From assembly GCA_002633005.1 (NCBI GenBank), contig NMRA01000296.1:468632-532631 (forward strand): a stretch of 64,000 bases of DNA, in the 5' to 3' direction. The DNA is from Phoronis australis. Its lineage: Eukaryota > Animalia > Phoronida. The position numbers and the translations under genes were made by a program. The notes beneath the pieces were generated by a model. It did not search any database. It was not told the DNA's origin and saw nothing but the letters and a program-made list of their open reading frames with translations. Positions 1-13,300 of the stretch are shown here, piece by piece (positions within the stretch are counted from its first letter, which is position 1; every line of letters begins with the position of its first letter).

Positions 1-1143
1 AGTCAAGGCTACGACTGCCAGTAAAAGTTTAGATAATAACCATTACAATAGCGACTCGTGGGCATGACTTATGATGTATTCCACACAATCATAATCACCT
101 TCCATTCTACGATTGAATAAGCAATGTTTCCACAAAATAACGTTTTCTACACACATTCTTGATAACATACGTGCACTTAATGCCGACACCTTCATTATTG
201 CTATTATTTATTAAATAACCGCATCAATGGACAATAAAATACCCCCGGGAATAAGATACATGTTCAACTTATATTAAAACACTTGACTGGCCAAGAGCTT
301 CAACAAGTAGTATTCGTTAAAAAGTGCGTTCCTGTCATTTCCAGAGCGGAGCAGATGTAAGGAATCTAACGGGTCGACCATAACGATGTCTTCATAAGTG
401 ATATAATGAGCAAGTTTCTTTTTACATGAATATTCAAAATCAAATATCTGTCACAATTTTAAGAAAGAAGATTAACAGTACACCGAGACAGGTTGTTACA
501 CTACATTGTAAAGGTAAGCACTTATTTTGTGGAATCTTTGTCATGTACGGAAATCTGATTTTGACATTTTTCTAGTCACCCATAACCACACACAATCTAT
601 GGATTACAACTAATTTTCCAGACCTCAGCAACAGTGACGTCTTAATTTTTCCCAAGCCAACAAATCACTTCTTGTCTGCACAAGGTTTAATTCGAGACCA
701 ACTGTATGTAGTGATATGTGGTCTAAATGAAACAACCAGTGTTTTGCCATCGATAATCGCCAAACGCGAGTCTCTTGTGTCTTATTGTACACGCGCACAT
801 AATGACGTTTGATATGTGTCAGGCGAAACTATGTCATATTATTCTTCATGATTTTCGTTTCAGTACAACCCAGTAATAACACTGCTGTTAATTCTTTTCT
901 TTCTCTCTGTTCCTGTAGTAGATATCTTCTGTCAGTTCTTCCGGTTGGAACAACGGCAAAACCTTGTTTCCGTTAGAATCTGAAACAGTTTCAAAATAAT
1001 GCCTTCATAGTTTAATAATTCCATCTTGGTTATACGGTGTGGGCAGAATAAATAGACATGTATGCTATACGTGGATGTAAATTGCTCACGGGTTAACTGT
1101 CGGAGGTTGATGAGACGTTTCATTAAAGTTCAAGTTCGCCCTC

Positions 1144-1418
1144 TTCACTGGCTGAAAACAAAAATCAAACTGGGGCCGCTTTTACACTCAGTGTAGGTCT
1201 CGTACCATTCACCACCATAATAGGATTCTATTCCCAGTAACAACTCAAATCACAGACAATGCGTACATGCGTCATTTTCGAATTCACAATTTTCAAAGCG
1301 CTGATCGTTTCAATGTTTATGTTTGTAACGGAAATATAATCCAATCACCCTAAGGAGTATTGTGAGACCGGTTTATAAGTGTGAAAGCCCTAATTCGATT
1401 TCCGTTTTTAGCCAGCGA
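1144..1418. mobile_element. Palindromic MITE-like element (~275 bp)
   Basis: Imperfect terminal inverted repeats ttcactggctgaaaacaaaaatc...cttttacact and agtgtgaaag...gatttccgtttttagccagcgaa, plus inner ggtctc/gagacc symmetry. Confidence 0.6.
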
Positions 1419-1468
1419 AATGCATGTTTAATAATTATTTTAGAAATTAAACTTGAGTGCAAAACTAT

Positions 1469-1695
1469 ATGCAAAAATTATAAACTATGACCACTGCACT
1501 TCCTATAAAACAAAATTCCTGACGTTGGAGAGCCGCCTGGCTCCTTGATGACCATCTGACTTATGGTTTAGGGCAATACAGTCGTGGTCGATGAACACCG
1601 CCAGAGGGCGTCGAGATTTTCACTCGAACCAGACTGTCTTCAATCCCCAGTAGGAATCAGTTGTAGTCCAGTAGTCATGGTTTATATTTTTGCAT
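1469..1695. mobile_element. MITE-like element with ~30-bp TIRs containing a CTCF-like motif
   Basis: Left end atgcaaaaattataaactatgaccactgcact; right end reverse complement atgcaaaaatataaaccatgactactggact. Internal ccgccagagggcg at 1598-1610. Confidence 0.6.
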
Positions 1696-1708
1696 CTTTT
1701 TATTAGAG

Positions 1709-1778
1709 TGGCCCAAAATGACACCTTGCGTTTTTTTTAATAGTCCCGAGAGAAACGCACGATGTCATTTTTGGGCCA
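1709..1778. repeat. Short inverted repeat/hairpin
   Basis: tggcccaaaatgaca..tgcgttt pairs with aaacgca..tgtcatttttgggcca. Confidence 0.6.
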
Positions 1779-2854
1779 ATTCACCTGGATGAATTATAAT
1801 ATCAATCGTCTGACAGCGATGTTGTGGGTCACTCAATACGATTGGAATAAAGTGGCCACGACGGTAGTTACGACCGGACCAACGACCTTTTGCAAAACTT
1901 AAACTAATGCTAAAGCGGTCCTATGCAGGTGGTTGCGAACAGGAACTAAACATTGCAACTGGTATCACGTGAACTTGACCTTAGAACGTGTTCCCACATG
2001 AACGGGTGGCATGAAATGCGTGCCAGTAAAAATAAAAGTAGGCCTACGACTGTCTTATCTACCGACAACTAGGAGTACGACCTTTTATGAGATGGTCCCC
2101 TCAATGTATTCACATTTTGCCTAGTAAACTAAATAGATTATACCCCGTGCTACTTGCAAAAGGGACACACGAGTATCGTCTTCTTACGACTAGCGGACCT
2201 ATAGAGTTTCTTGTCTCCTTACCAACGCATCGCTTGTTGAAACAGAAAATATCAGTCATTGTGCAAGGGACGGACAAATCGATGACGCATCGATATCCTT
2301 CGGGGCAAAGTTTAACCTGGAAATATATTCACAATTAAAGTATAATTTGACACTGTGGCTACCACTATAGTAACGAATGCTGTAGGCAAGAAAGAAAAGT
2401 TCGACGAGGTGATGACATTTGACGGTGTCACTAAACGTTTTGCTGCCTGTCTTCTCGTTAAGATTTACTTTTAATGGACTAGTAGAAAAAGACAAACATC
2501 AATGTTATCAAAACCAACCAATCGTAGAGACAAGGCACGCGGATAAACAAATGGGGCCATGTCTTTTTCGTCTAAGAATACCGCACGAGTTTGAAGCAAC
2601 AACTATTTTAGACATGCTTAGGAAGACCTGCGAGTCAGCAGCAAGGGGAACACAAGCTGGACAACGCTAACAATGAAAATGTCAACGCTAAGGACTACAT
2701 ATGATTAACGCTGCTACAACAGAACGTACCCACCAATCACTGGCATCACAGTCTACGAGGGTGTGTGGCGTCTGGCAGTACCCCAACAAGAATGCAACCT
2801 GAAATGAAAGCGCATATAATGTCTCTCGTGTTAACAAGTCTGCTGACCCATTTG

Positions 2855-3310
2855 CAACAACAACAACAATAACAACAACAACAACAACATCAACAAAAAC
2901 AACTGCCGCTGCTGCTACCGCTACTACTACTAATACTAATACTAATAGTAATAGTGGTAATGGATGATAATACAGATACTACTAAACTCACTGCAACTAT
3001 TATAACAGAAACAAAAACATTTACAGACTATCACTTCTACGTCTAGTCCTACAAGTACAACTAACCTACTTAGTAATCACGGTAATCATAAAAAGTAGTA
3101 ATGAGTCTATTACTACTACTACTACTGCTGCAAGACATAGACTCATAGGAGTAAAAATCGCGATAACTATAATAACAGTGGTAATAATATTATTATTAGA
3201 GTTAGCAGCAGTATCAGTGATAGTAACAATGCTAGTAGTATTAGTAGAAACTGCCACTGGTGGTAGTAACAGTGTAGAAGCTGCTGCTATCACTGCTACG
3301 ACTACTAGAA
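2855..3310. repeat. Trinucleotide microsatellite/low-complexity tract ((CAA)n, (CTA)n, (TAG/TAA)n)
   Basis: caacaacaacaa..., actactactaat..., agtagtatt... runs are directly visible. Confidence 0.85.
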
Positions 3311-5191
3311 ATGATGACACATCCATGGGTGTGTGCTTAACAAAACGACGCCTAAAACTATGTGAAAGATTGTGTAACAAGCCTTATAAACTCTCTTGGA
3401 AAGAGGATTTTCATATTGTGTGACAATTATCAGAAAGACTTGTTAGTCCATTCTCATGTTAATTGTATGGCTGTTTGGTCAGATACAATGATTATCTGGA
3501 AGACTTGTAAGTCCATTCGACGGCTGCCTTGACAATTTCTATCAATATCAAATTGATAGCACCAAAAGGCTCGACTCACAACGAGCAAGCGCCTACGCTC
3601 AGATCTAAAAATTGAGCGACGGACTTGGGCTTCGATCCCTGTCGAATCTATTCACGGATGGAAACGTGCGCCTACAAGTACATAGTATCACCTAACTACG
3701 TTTTCAGACTGGATGTCCTTTGTAATGTAGTGGAAAGTAAATCAGTCTACCGGCCTTGGTTGAATAAGAATACAGACATGCGTATCATGCGAAAGACATG
3801 TTTTTCGTGTGTTAGTCAGCTGTTGAGTTCTAAGATTTCAAAAAAGCAGATTTTCTTGTGAGATTAAGCCCCTGCCATTGGTCTGAACATGTGCCCGGGT
3901 GAAACAAGATTTTATCTTGTTCTTGATCGCTCACCAGTGCAAGCAATATTTACATTGGTGATTTGGTGCATTTTTTAAAAAGTACCTGCACTTTAAGCTG
4001 TTATGGTTAACTTAGGTAAATAATACTGTCTTTAACTACATAAGTATTGCGTACTAATTCAGGGCGGACCACACGCACTATAGAAACTTTCGAAATTAAA
4101 TTCGATTCAACACGGTCGTTGTTTCCTACATCGTACAAGTCACAGCATATGCCGTGAATAAAGTAAAAACAATCGGATAGCCCTATATTCACTTGCACGC
4201 TCATACATTCATAGAGATGGGTTGGGAGGGGCGGGAGGGCTGATACTAGGACGTGTAGGTGACAATGATGCCGAGGCAAAACTCCATGAGAACTGCACGG
4301 GGCGTGGCCATGCAGCCATTGTGCATCGCCATCAACCTCATTCTAACATCAGATTACAAATCACCAGCCCGGCTGCCAAGGCACCAATTAACCAATTTGT
4401 TCTACTCTTGACACCAACGGGTGGCCTGTTTCAATTTAACTACCAATCAGTCACAATTTCAAAAGTTTATTCATAGTGATTGGATGCCTCCCCGATTTGG
4501 ATGCCCGGGGCAGTAGCAACCCATTCTGCACGCTACCGCACGGCAAACAGGCAATTTTGGTTGATCAGTAGGATTTTTATGTGAATTCATATTAGTCATT
4601 CCTATGAATTCGTATGAATGGTATATATGACATAAGAAATACAGCCAGTAAGAAATCACATTAAAATGATATCAAACAAGATTTCAGTCGCCTTTTAAAA
4701 GATGCTAAAAACAACTTTCCCGTCCAGTTGCCTGAAACAAAATAATGCTCTGCAACCACCGACAACCCTCAAAAGTTTGGAGGAAAATTTAAAAATTCCT
4801 TCCAAAGTCTGCTAAACGCGCGCGCGTGGCAAATGCTTTTAGCGAATTACACGGCAGCTGCGGTAAAAGATCACATAACCAAGGACCATAATGGCCTATT
4901 TATGAGAGATGATATGAGTTTTTAGTTGATTCCTGCTTATATCTTTCAAGGTTGACGCTAATGATGCATTGACAGGTGACAGAATGAGGTTTGGTAGAAC
5001 CCATCAAAACAAGGTTTAGTATGACAGCAACACTGCATAATGAAAAAAAAAATCTAATTATTAGTACTGCTCTTTGAATGGACCTTTATGCCCAATATTT
5101 TCTGTATTTAACCAACTAACTCGACGATTATGGGGTGGGGGGACCACATTTCTGACTCCAACCAGAGGTTACACTTTTGCACAAAGGACCA

Positions 5192-5437
5192 GGCCCGTTC
5201 CAACAAAATTGACTTAGCTAAGACAATTCCTAAATTTTACTAACTTTTAAAATAAAAGTTCAATTTGTCTCAAAATCATTTCAAGAAAGAGATGTTAAGC
5301 TTGATTTAAGTGTTTGACGTACGTTTTGGCTTAATTTTGATGAATTTACCAGATATGGAAGTTTCAAAGTTTGGAAGTTAAGACAAATCTTAGACTTAAG
5401 TCACTAATGAACTTAAGTCAGTTTCTTGGAACGGGCC
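5192..5437. mobile_element. MITE with GGCCCGTTCCAA termini (PIF/Harbinger-like)
   Basis: ggcccgttccaacaaaattgactta ... taagtcagtttcttggaacgggcc. A partial second copy lies at ~59187-59269. Confidence 0.65.
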
Positions 5438-7354
5438 CCAGAGCACTTACATCTTCATTATTCTTTATCTGGCCATTGTAGTGCTAGGGTTTTACGAGCT
5501 ATAAGGTTATACGAGTAACAAAAAACGAATGTCTGTCATTGAACCCATTTTCAAAGTAGAGACAGAGTTGCATCCTTGTATATATTCGGTTGCCTCTCAC
5601 CAAGGCGACATAAAAATGGGCTTATCTTAATGTGACCGCGTGAAATTCGATTTAACACGTATTTTTAAGAACAAATAAGCATAGACAGACATAATGTGAT
5701 GGGGAAAGCTCACGCGATGGCACGCGACCCCTCATTAGTCTCCCTAAAGTACACTTGCAGGTGACGTATTTTCTTTAACAAACGGCACACAAATGTAGTT
5801 TACATGTTAAGTGGTGTTTTCATTGCCATCCTTTATCAAACGAGTTCACCACATTATGAGCTGTTAAATGACAAACAAACGTGGGGTGAAAGAAAAATGC
5901 TAAGATAAACAAATAAAACTCAGCCATGAACATGTTGACAGATATATAAATACCTATTGAGACAGTGGGTGTTGGACTTCACCGCACAGTTGATAGTAAG
6001 ACATTCGATACGGTGACCGTAAAAGGACGCCAGGGGACGATTTCAGACATAGCTCAACCCATTGTGTTTATGCTGTAGGCCTATCGACAGAAATAGTGCA
6101 TCTGTCTCAGTACACTTTATCAAAAACCTAATAATGCCATCGACGAATAGAGGTCTGAGTCCATTTATAGCCACCGTAGAATCGAGTACCGTCCACGTAT
6201 ATTTATTGCTACGTCTGCTGATACAAGTTATGCTTTGTATGCTGTCTGGTGCAACGCTAATCTCATTGGCCCAACTCCAAGGAAAGTTCTAAATAAACTT
6301 CACCCAACTCATTTGTTGTCGATCATCTTAAAAGGTCGGTGAAGTGTTTTCCACACCAAATTTGTTGTGTCTGCGTTTGTGTTTTCGTATCAATTGCGAC
6401 ACAACTGGGAAGCGCTGCCAAGAGCTGGATATTTTGCACGCGCTTGTTCTTCAGTACCGAATTCGAGGCAGGGCAGCTGAGAAAATTTCCGGGGGAAGGG
6501 GGCGGCGTTGGCATCCTGTCCTTCACAAACATTGATATAATTATCGGACCGTACCGCGTATCAAACGAAATTACAACAAAGATACTTATACGTACGCTAG
6601 GTATTGAAAGAATCCCTGGTTCAGAAAGCTGAAACGGTTCCTAACTTTCCGTCTCGCTTTTATCAGAAAATTGACAAAGACAGAATCTGATACTAAATCT
6701 ACACAGAAAAGTAATGTGTAGCCTACATGGAAAATTAAGTCATAACTTTTCGAGATTTGCTGGACATTTATGGTGTGCCTATTCACCCCTCAAAACTTGA
6801 CTTGAAGTACGTTTAAGCGGTTTAGTTTACGTCAAAGCTTACTCACATATTTCCATTTCGGTAATAAAATATTGTATATTTTTAATTAAACAGCTGCACT
6901 TTGTTTTCAGTGCACCGCGGTTTTGTTGCCCTACATGACGTTCATCGTATCGCTAAAACCCCTATCGTGCTTCATTTTTGTGGTTAAGACAAGGGCGGGG
7001 CAAATTGCGAGGAAACTTTGTCATAAGGCCAAAAATATCGACGCAAACAAGATGGGGCAAGTATCTTGAATGTTCACTTGCGCTTCCGACGTCTGATTTA
7101 GTTCCCTCTATCAACTTATGTCTCTTGTTGTTTTGTGAATACGTATTTGGAATCGGCCGTTACAGGTATTATCTAAAAAGTGAGAATCTTGACACGATAT
7201 TTGTTGCGGTTTTGATAGGCGCTTGGCAAGAGACTACTTATATCGAGCCTGAGTTTTCGTTTGAAAACACAAGATTTTTCTGGCAAATGCACTCTGCACA
7301 CTGAGGCATTAAGAATGGCAAAGACAAACTAGAAAGATTATTGTCACGGCGTGA

Positions 7355-8578
7355 CAATAACGGACTCTGCGCGTGCGTATTACTGGAATTATTATGGGAA
7401 GTTACTGACAGCAACCCGTTTACCAATATGAAAAGGAATTCTTTAAAATTGTAGGAGAAATTACATATTAATTTTTTGATGACCTTTCCACTATTTGACC
7501 TCTTCCGGTGCATTATGAGACCCGATGAGGGAGTAGTTGTAAACTCGATTAAAAGTGTGGTTATTGCTGATAATCACAGATGTTTTACTTTAAGCACTTC
7601 AGAATACAAGATGAATGAGGTGGTCAAACTTTGAGAAGAAAAAGGCACCTAATGACCCCATGGGTGCACCAAATGACCTGAAAATTTAGAATTCACACTC
7701 AATCGCACTTAATAAACAGATACGTAATTCTGAAGTATCTAGCTCAAAATTTTAGTTTGCACTCAATGACCTTCGACCTATTTTTTCTGATTGGTTAGGC
7801 CTATTGTAAAGTAAAGTAGGGTATTCAATTGGCATGTTGACTTACACCAGTGAGCTGAAATTGAAAAGAATTCCTTGAAAAACGTAAGACATATAACATT
7901 TTGAACGTTACATGACCTTTGCACTAATTGACCTTATCCGGTGCATTTAAGCATCTTTAGGAGAATTATTGCAAACCCCATGGAAAATGTGTTTAACGCT
8001 GAGAATCACAGTTGTCTAACGGTTGACACATCAGAATACTTGCTGATTGAAAAGGTCAAATTTTCAGAAGAAAAATGCACCTAATGACCCCATGTTTGTA
8101 CTAAATGACCTGAAACTTTGGATTCCGATTTGATTTACCTGTGGCAATCAGACCTGTCAATTTGAAGTGTCTAGCTCAAAATTTTAGTTTTGCACCTAAT
8201 GACCTTTGACCTATTTCACCTGATTGGATGACCCGATTACTTAGAAAATTAATTTTTTAAATTGTCATGTTGACTTATACCTGTGGACCGAATTTGAAAA
8301 AGATAGCTTTAAAACTGAAGGAGGAGTAGCATTTTGAAACTTATATGACCTTTGCACCAAACGACCTATTGCGGTGCAATATGGAATATAATTATATAAC
8401 CAATCAAAATTTATATACTGTCAAAAGTCATATGCTGAATTTAAAGACCGTACCTGCACCCAATTTGGAGTTATTAAGCCTCAAAGTTGGTCGGAAGAAG
8501 AATAAGAATAAGAAGGAAAATAAAATTGAAGAAAACCCAGGAACAACAGTACTCTGCGCTTACACGCGCAGAGTAATT
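7355..8578 (+). mobile_element. Non-autonomous Helentron/HINE-like element with internal ~430-bp tandem units
   Basis: Two-plus ~430-bp units (start ~7480, ~7912, ~8345: atgacctttgcac...aatgaccccatg...), then an aagaataag microsatellite and a perfect 10-bp-stem hairpin tactctgcgc-ttacac-gcgcagagta (8550-8575). The actctgcgc motif also occurs near the 5' end (~7364). Confidence 0.5.
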
Positions 8579-9110
8579 AAGAAACTTTTTGATATCCTTG
8601 TTCCATAATTGCTTGACGAAAAAGGTTATTGAGCGTAAACGTTGACAACACGCCATGAAATCACACTTAATTTGTTTGGGTTGTTTGAAATTTAAACGAC
8701 TTAGTACAAACTAAATTTTTTATTGAACCAAGAAAATTTATGCACATGTACATGACTTTTGTCATTCACTATAAGAAACCTCCATGGAAGCTAGGCAACA
8801 CATGTTGGGTCAACAAGTTTCAACGTACATCTATTTCAAATTGTCAAGTCGTACACATTTTGTGACCATAACTTCAGTTGAGGCATTGCCGAACAGACCA
8901 TCAGTTGCCATACTACAAAATGGCTGTCGCCAGTCGACTGGGAGTCCGCGATTTCGTTCACCATCTTGAAAATTTAATTTGGTACAGTAGGCATATCAAT
9001 TCACGTGCGTTTGCCATGCAAGTGAACGGGACCGTAACAGATTTTATAACGTATGTTGTTCGAAGGACATAGACTAGATTATCAAAAGATTGCATTATGC
9101 CATTCAGCAT

Positions 9111-10391
9111 TGTCAGGAGGTTTTAGATTTATAGGTTTTATTTTCTTTTTCTTTTTAATTACTGGCTGATAGCACTATACTGACATCTATGAGGTTAGGT
9201 CAGAGGTGATGTAATAGAATACTAGAGAACATTTTAGTAGATTCTAGTAAATTAGCGATTGATATGGAACCATAGCCTGGAAAATTCTGGGAGCTATGTT
9301 TTAGAGTGATTGGGGAGATTCCGGAAAGTTATAGAATGGGCTTGAATTGGTGAAATATTCCAGAACATTGTAAAACACTATAATAATACACGGATAAGGG
9401 AGAGTCAGTTGAGTTAAAAAGGTTAAACAGTTAAGGTTATAGATACAGTTTACGATACAATTTAGTCGCAGTCACAGTATCAGCCGTTGCAGTATTTGTA
9501 CAGAACCAGGTACATGTATAGAGACAACAGGTTGTTGAATCAACGAGTGTAGCAGTTGCTGTAAGTGATTCAGAGGTTCATCAAAAGTGAAGGCTTCACA
9601 GCACTGGCTGGAGCATAGAGAACGTATTACGTCGGACGTTTTGCTTGAGTAGACTTGTTAAGATACGGTCGATATTAATAAAGTGATTAACTCGAACCAG
9701 TCTCCAGGTCGTCACCGTGCCAATAGCTTTCGGTGCAACGATAGACTGACGACTAATTAATTCGAGCTAATCACTTTATTAATCTCGACCGCATGCCCAC
9801 TAGTCTACACAAACAAAACCTCTGACGCAATGTCTGTCCTATGCTCTAGCCAGTGCTACGAAGCATTTATTTGATTTGTGAATCACTTCCAGCAACTTTT
9901 TATTAAGATTGCTGGTTCAATAACCTTCTGTCTCTTATAGCTGTATTTCTATTGACACACGATGTAACAGCCGATTCTGCGACTGCAATCCAACTGAACT
10001 ACAACTCTAACTCCACTAAATTTCAACTTTAACTTCAAATCAACTCTAACACAACTTTTCAACTTCAATTGATTCGCACTAACTCGTGCCTAATTGGTAT
10101 TTATGTTTTCTTACAATATATTGGAACTTTTCTACCAGTAAACAAACATTTTTTATAACTTTACGGATTTCTACAACACAAGACTCCAGAATGTTCAAGA
10201 CTATGGTTCTATTTTCCATTCATCTATATGTTGGAACAATTTTCTAGAATGTTCTATACTATTCTATTGTGAACAAACTACATCACTAATCCGATCCTCC
10301 ATGGACAATGCCAGTCACGTGATATCTGCTAGTAAACAAATAGCAAAATAAAACCTACAGAACCAAAACCTGTGTCAGCCTACTCCTGACA
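9111..10391. mobile_element. Inverted (tail-to-tail) pair of solo-LTR-like sequences forming a ~1.28-kb imperfect palindrome
   Basis: Both arms start tgtcaggag and align over ~600 bp. Each has a TATA-like tract, an AGTT-rich segment and AATAAA (cggtcgatattaataaagtgattaactcgaa vs reverse complement of ttcgagctaatcactttattaatctcgaccg). Confidence 0.7.
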
Positions 10392-13300
10392 TCCACCTAT
10401 GCTTAATCTTGGAGCTGATGGTTAGAAAAATGCCGACGATTTTAGAATTAATTAAAGTGACTAATAATTTAAGACAGGAATTTGGTTTTACGTTTCCACT
10501 TCACAATTGCGGGATAAAAGTTTTTGTGCCAAGTAAGTATGAGTGCAATCAAAGTCTAGAAATAATAATAATAATAATACAGGAATTATCTCAGTAATTA
10601 GCAACTATGTGCATATTCTCAGAGCAATTTAATCATTTTTCAGACATAATCATGGGGGTGGGGTGAGACCAAATTTCTGACTTATCTGTAAGTCATTTTT
10701 CATGAAACGGTGCGTTCCGTAGCTCATATTATCTTGTACCATATTGTGTTTGTGTACTAACCAGCGAATCAGTCGTTCTATAACCTACAAGTAGCTATGA
10801 GATTTAATACATTTTTGTTACACACCAGCGCGTCTAGATCTGCATGAATTCAATAACGCCTTAATTCACGTCCAAGCTGTTCTATGTGTGTATAACATGT
10901 TGTTTGTCTGACCTACAGAGACATGAGAGTTTGCAATGCTCCGGCTCTGACTGAGATTCTGATGCTCGACGAACATAGTGTTATTCGTTATTTTTACATA
11001 TCCCAGGACCAATGGTCCAAATCAATTGATAAATTCAAAATTCAATCACCGTCAGTCAAAATTGGAACTAACAAACTATCATCAAAGCAATGAATTCTAA
11101 GTTCAGTCTTGTTAGCTGGATATTCGGGGCATAAGTTTTACATGATTGGACCATAAATAGGAATTCGCGCCAAACATATTGAAAAGCAGTCTTAGTCCTA
11201 TCATATCATCTGAGCCCTAAATATCAGTCCAACTCAGTCAACATTGTTCTTCTCTGAGACCATTTCCCATGTCAACTCATACCCCACTTTAATATGTCGG
11301 CAAGACAGCAACAGTAGCGGATCGGATTCTTCTGCGTCTGACACCATCGGAATCAAATTCCCGCCGCACAGTGGCCATAAGTCTTACTAATCAACCCGTT
11401 CTCGGAATTTGTGACACCACAACTAACGCGTTATTTATTACATAGAAGCCAGATAACGTGCTGACGTGTAAAACTAGTACGTGTTATCAACTCACAAGTT
11501 TTGGGAATTCTATGTGGAACGCCTCAAAGCCAAGAGATCTATTCGGAATCCATCCTCCAGAAGCTACAAACATCCAGTCGCGAGCAAGGAATTCAAGAAA
11601 TATAGGATGACGAAAGCTATATCACTAACTCGTACAGCATGATAACCTTGAAGATGGATTCAACGCGATTTCCGTTCAGACGCGTTACACCACTTTTCGC
11701 TGTTAGCAAAATGAGTATTCAGCAGATACAAGCCAGCCGTAACTTCATATCTCCTATCTCACCCGTGTATCTGCATCTAACACATTGTTTTGGTTTGACG
11801 ACAAGCCGCGAGCTGCATGGTAGTTAACAAAAGTGGAACGGCTTAATTACTGTCACAATGGGTTAGTTCGATCTGCCCATTCTCAGTCTTATAGAACTAA
11901 CCGTCCAGCGGCTAGGCTCCGGCATCCGCTTTAAACAGTAATCGACGTTCAAGATCTGCCACAGCCCACAGGCCGACATCTGGCAGAACCTAGTGGACGC
12001 CACGTTCCTGCGTTTCCCCACGACCCCAGCGACGGGCTGCCGTCCTTGTATAACAACTGCAGTTGAACGCAAAACATGAGCCAAGGCTGAGTGAAAACTG
12101 AATCTGAATAAAGCTAACAGCAATATGCAAGGGCTACAAAATAACGATTAACAAATCACATAAAATGTACATGAGGTCATCACAACTTAGTCTATATACA
12201 AGTATGAACAGGACGTATTATTAATCATTGGCTCCAAGAAACTGAATAAAACACATCGTTTTATAGTTAGGAAATACAATGACTAATACGCACTGGTAAA
12301 TTCACAAACACAATCTGTCAATACACAATACATGTACACAAGCGGCAAGGTTATGGAGATTATATGAAATAGAAACAACAAGTAATGAATCTTATAGTTC
12401 AACATTCCAACCTCACCGACTGACTGCTTTGGTGGCCAAAATTTTGGTAGGTTACGCTTGTAAAGTAGCGAGTATGCTCGCGAAGCACTTGCTTTTCCCT
12501 CGGGTGATTTTTCGTGGTTTTGGGCGATCTTGTCTACAGAACGATACGCTGGTACGCAACAATTTCCCATTTGGCTCACTCGTGAGCAGTAATGGCAAAA
12601 CAGGAAACTAAAACAACGCATCAACAGCAGCTCAGGTAAACAATTGTTGCTACACTTCCTGTTTGTAAAGTTCGCTTCATCGCCGGACTAAACGCGTTCA
12701 AAATACTTATCAGAATCAGTAAAACACACCTTTATAAAAGATGTCATTCCCCTTTAACTGTGTCTATGATACTGCCATGAAAATCGCATGTGATCCACGC
12801 TTTATATAAAATCGAGCTAAATTACGAGTGTCAGCTTTATCTAACAAAAGTAAAACTAAAATACTGCCTCAGTTCGTTAAGTGGAACAAATGTCTGGACG
12901 ATAACATTCGACCTCATCGGTAAGTTATCATTGGCTCGCTAACTAGACAGATGTCTCGTTTTCCAGGAGAACTATTTTGGCAATGTCATCTTAAACACAC
13001 CATTTTACCGCTAAAATCAGTTTTTAAATATTCGCTTTCAAGGGCAGCAGTATCTTCAAAGCTAATTTTTACTCCGATTATCAAAAATTTACTTGTAACC
13101 TCGCCGCACTAAGCTTGTCGAAAGAACGAAGAAAAATGTTGCAACCGGTCAAAAGCCTGATGCGTAAGGTCGCGTTTGTGCATCTATAAACTGGCCATTC
13201 AAGAAGACCCACTGGCCGCTGTTGATGGCGGATGAATATCACCATAGTCGGCGATTAAAACTGCTATAAACTCAACTGTCACAGGAAAAACTTCCGACTT

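Larger units (their letters stand above)
932..12570 (-). other. Candidate spliced minus-strand transcript (small protein starting MGNCC, lncRNA, or pseudogene)
   Basis: GC-rich blocks bounded by AG/GT splice signals on the minus strand: 12570-12417 (gtgagg donor), 12056-11902 (ctgcag/gttagt), 4342-4207 (ttag/gtatga), 3671-3580 (tgtag/gtgagt), 2798-2730 (tttcag/gtacgt), 979-932 (tttcag). Phases chain consistently, with one internal TGA at 3654-3652. No recognisable homology. Confidence 0.3.

Noticed and set aside
1-930. SECIS element in the putative minus-strand 3' UTR
   Set aside because: Several ATGA motifs were inspected by eye but none gave a convincing helix II, AA loop and GA quartet. 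A computational search is still needed.
2730-2798. UxxU (SelL-like) reading RL*CQ*LV joined to DSNGNKVLPLFQPEELTEDIYYRNREKEKN
   Set aside because: This frame is not supported by upstream exon phases, there is no thioredoxin-fold context, and another frame of the exon is fully open.
3066-3423. Hydrophobic 104-aa and 81-aa ORFs
   Set aside because: Translations of trinucleotide low-complexity sequence.
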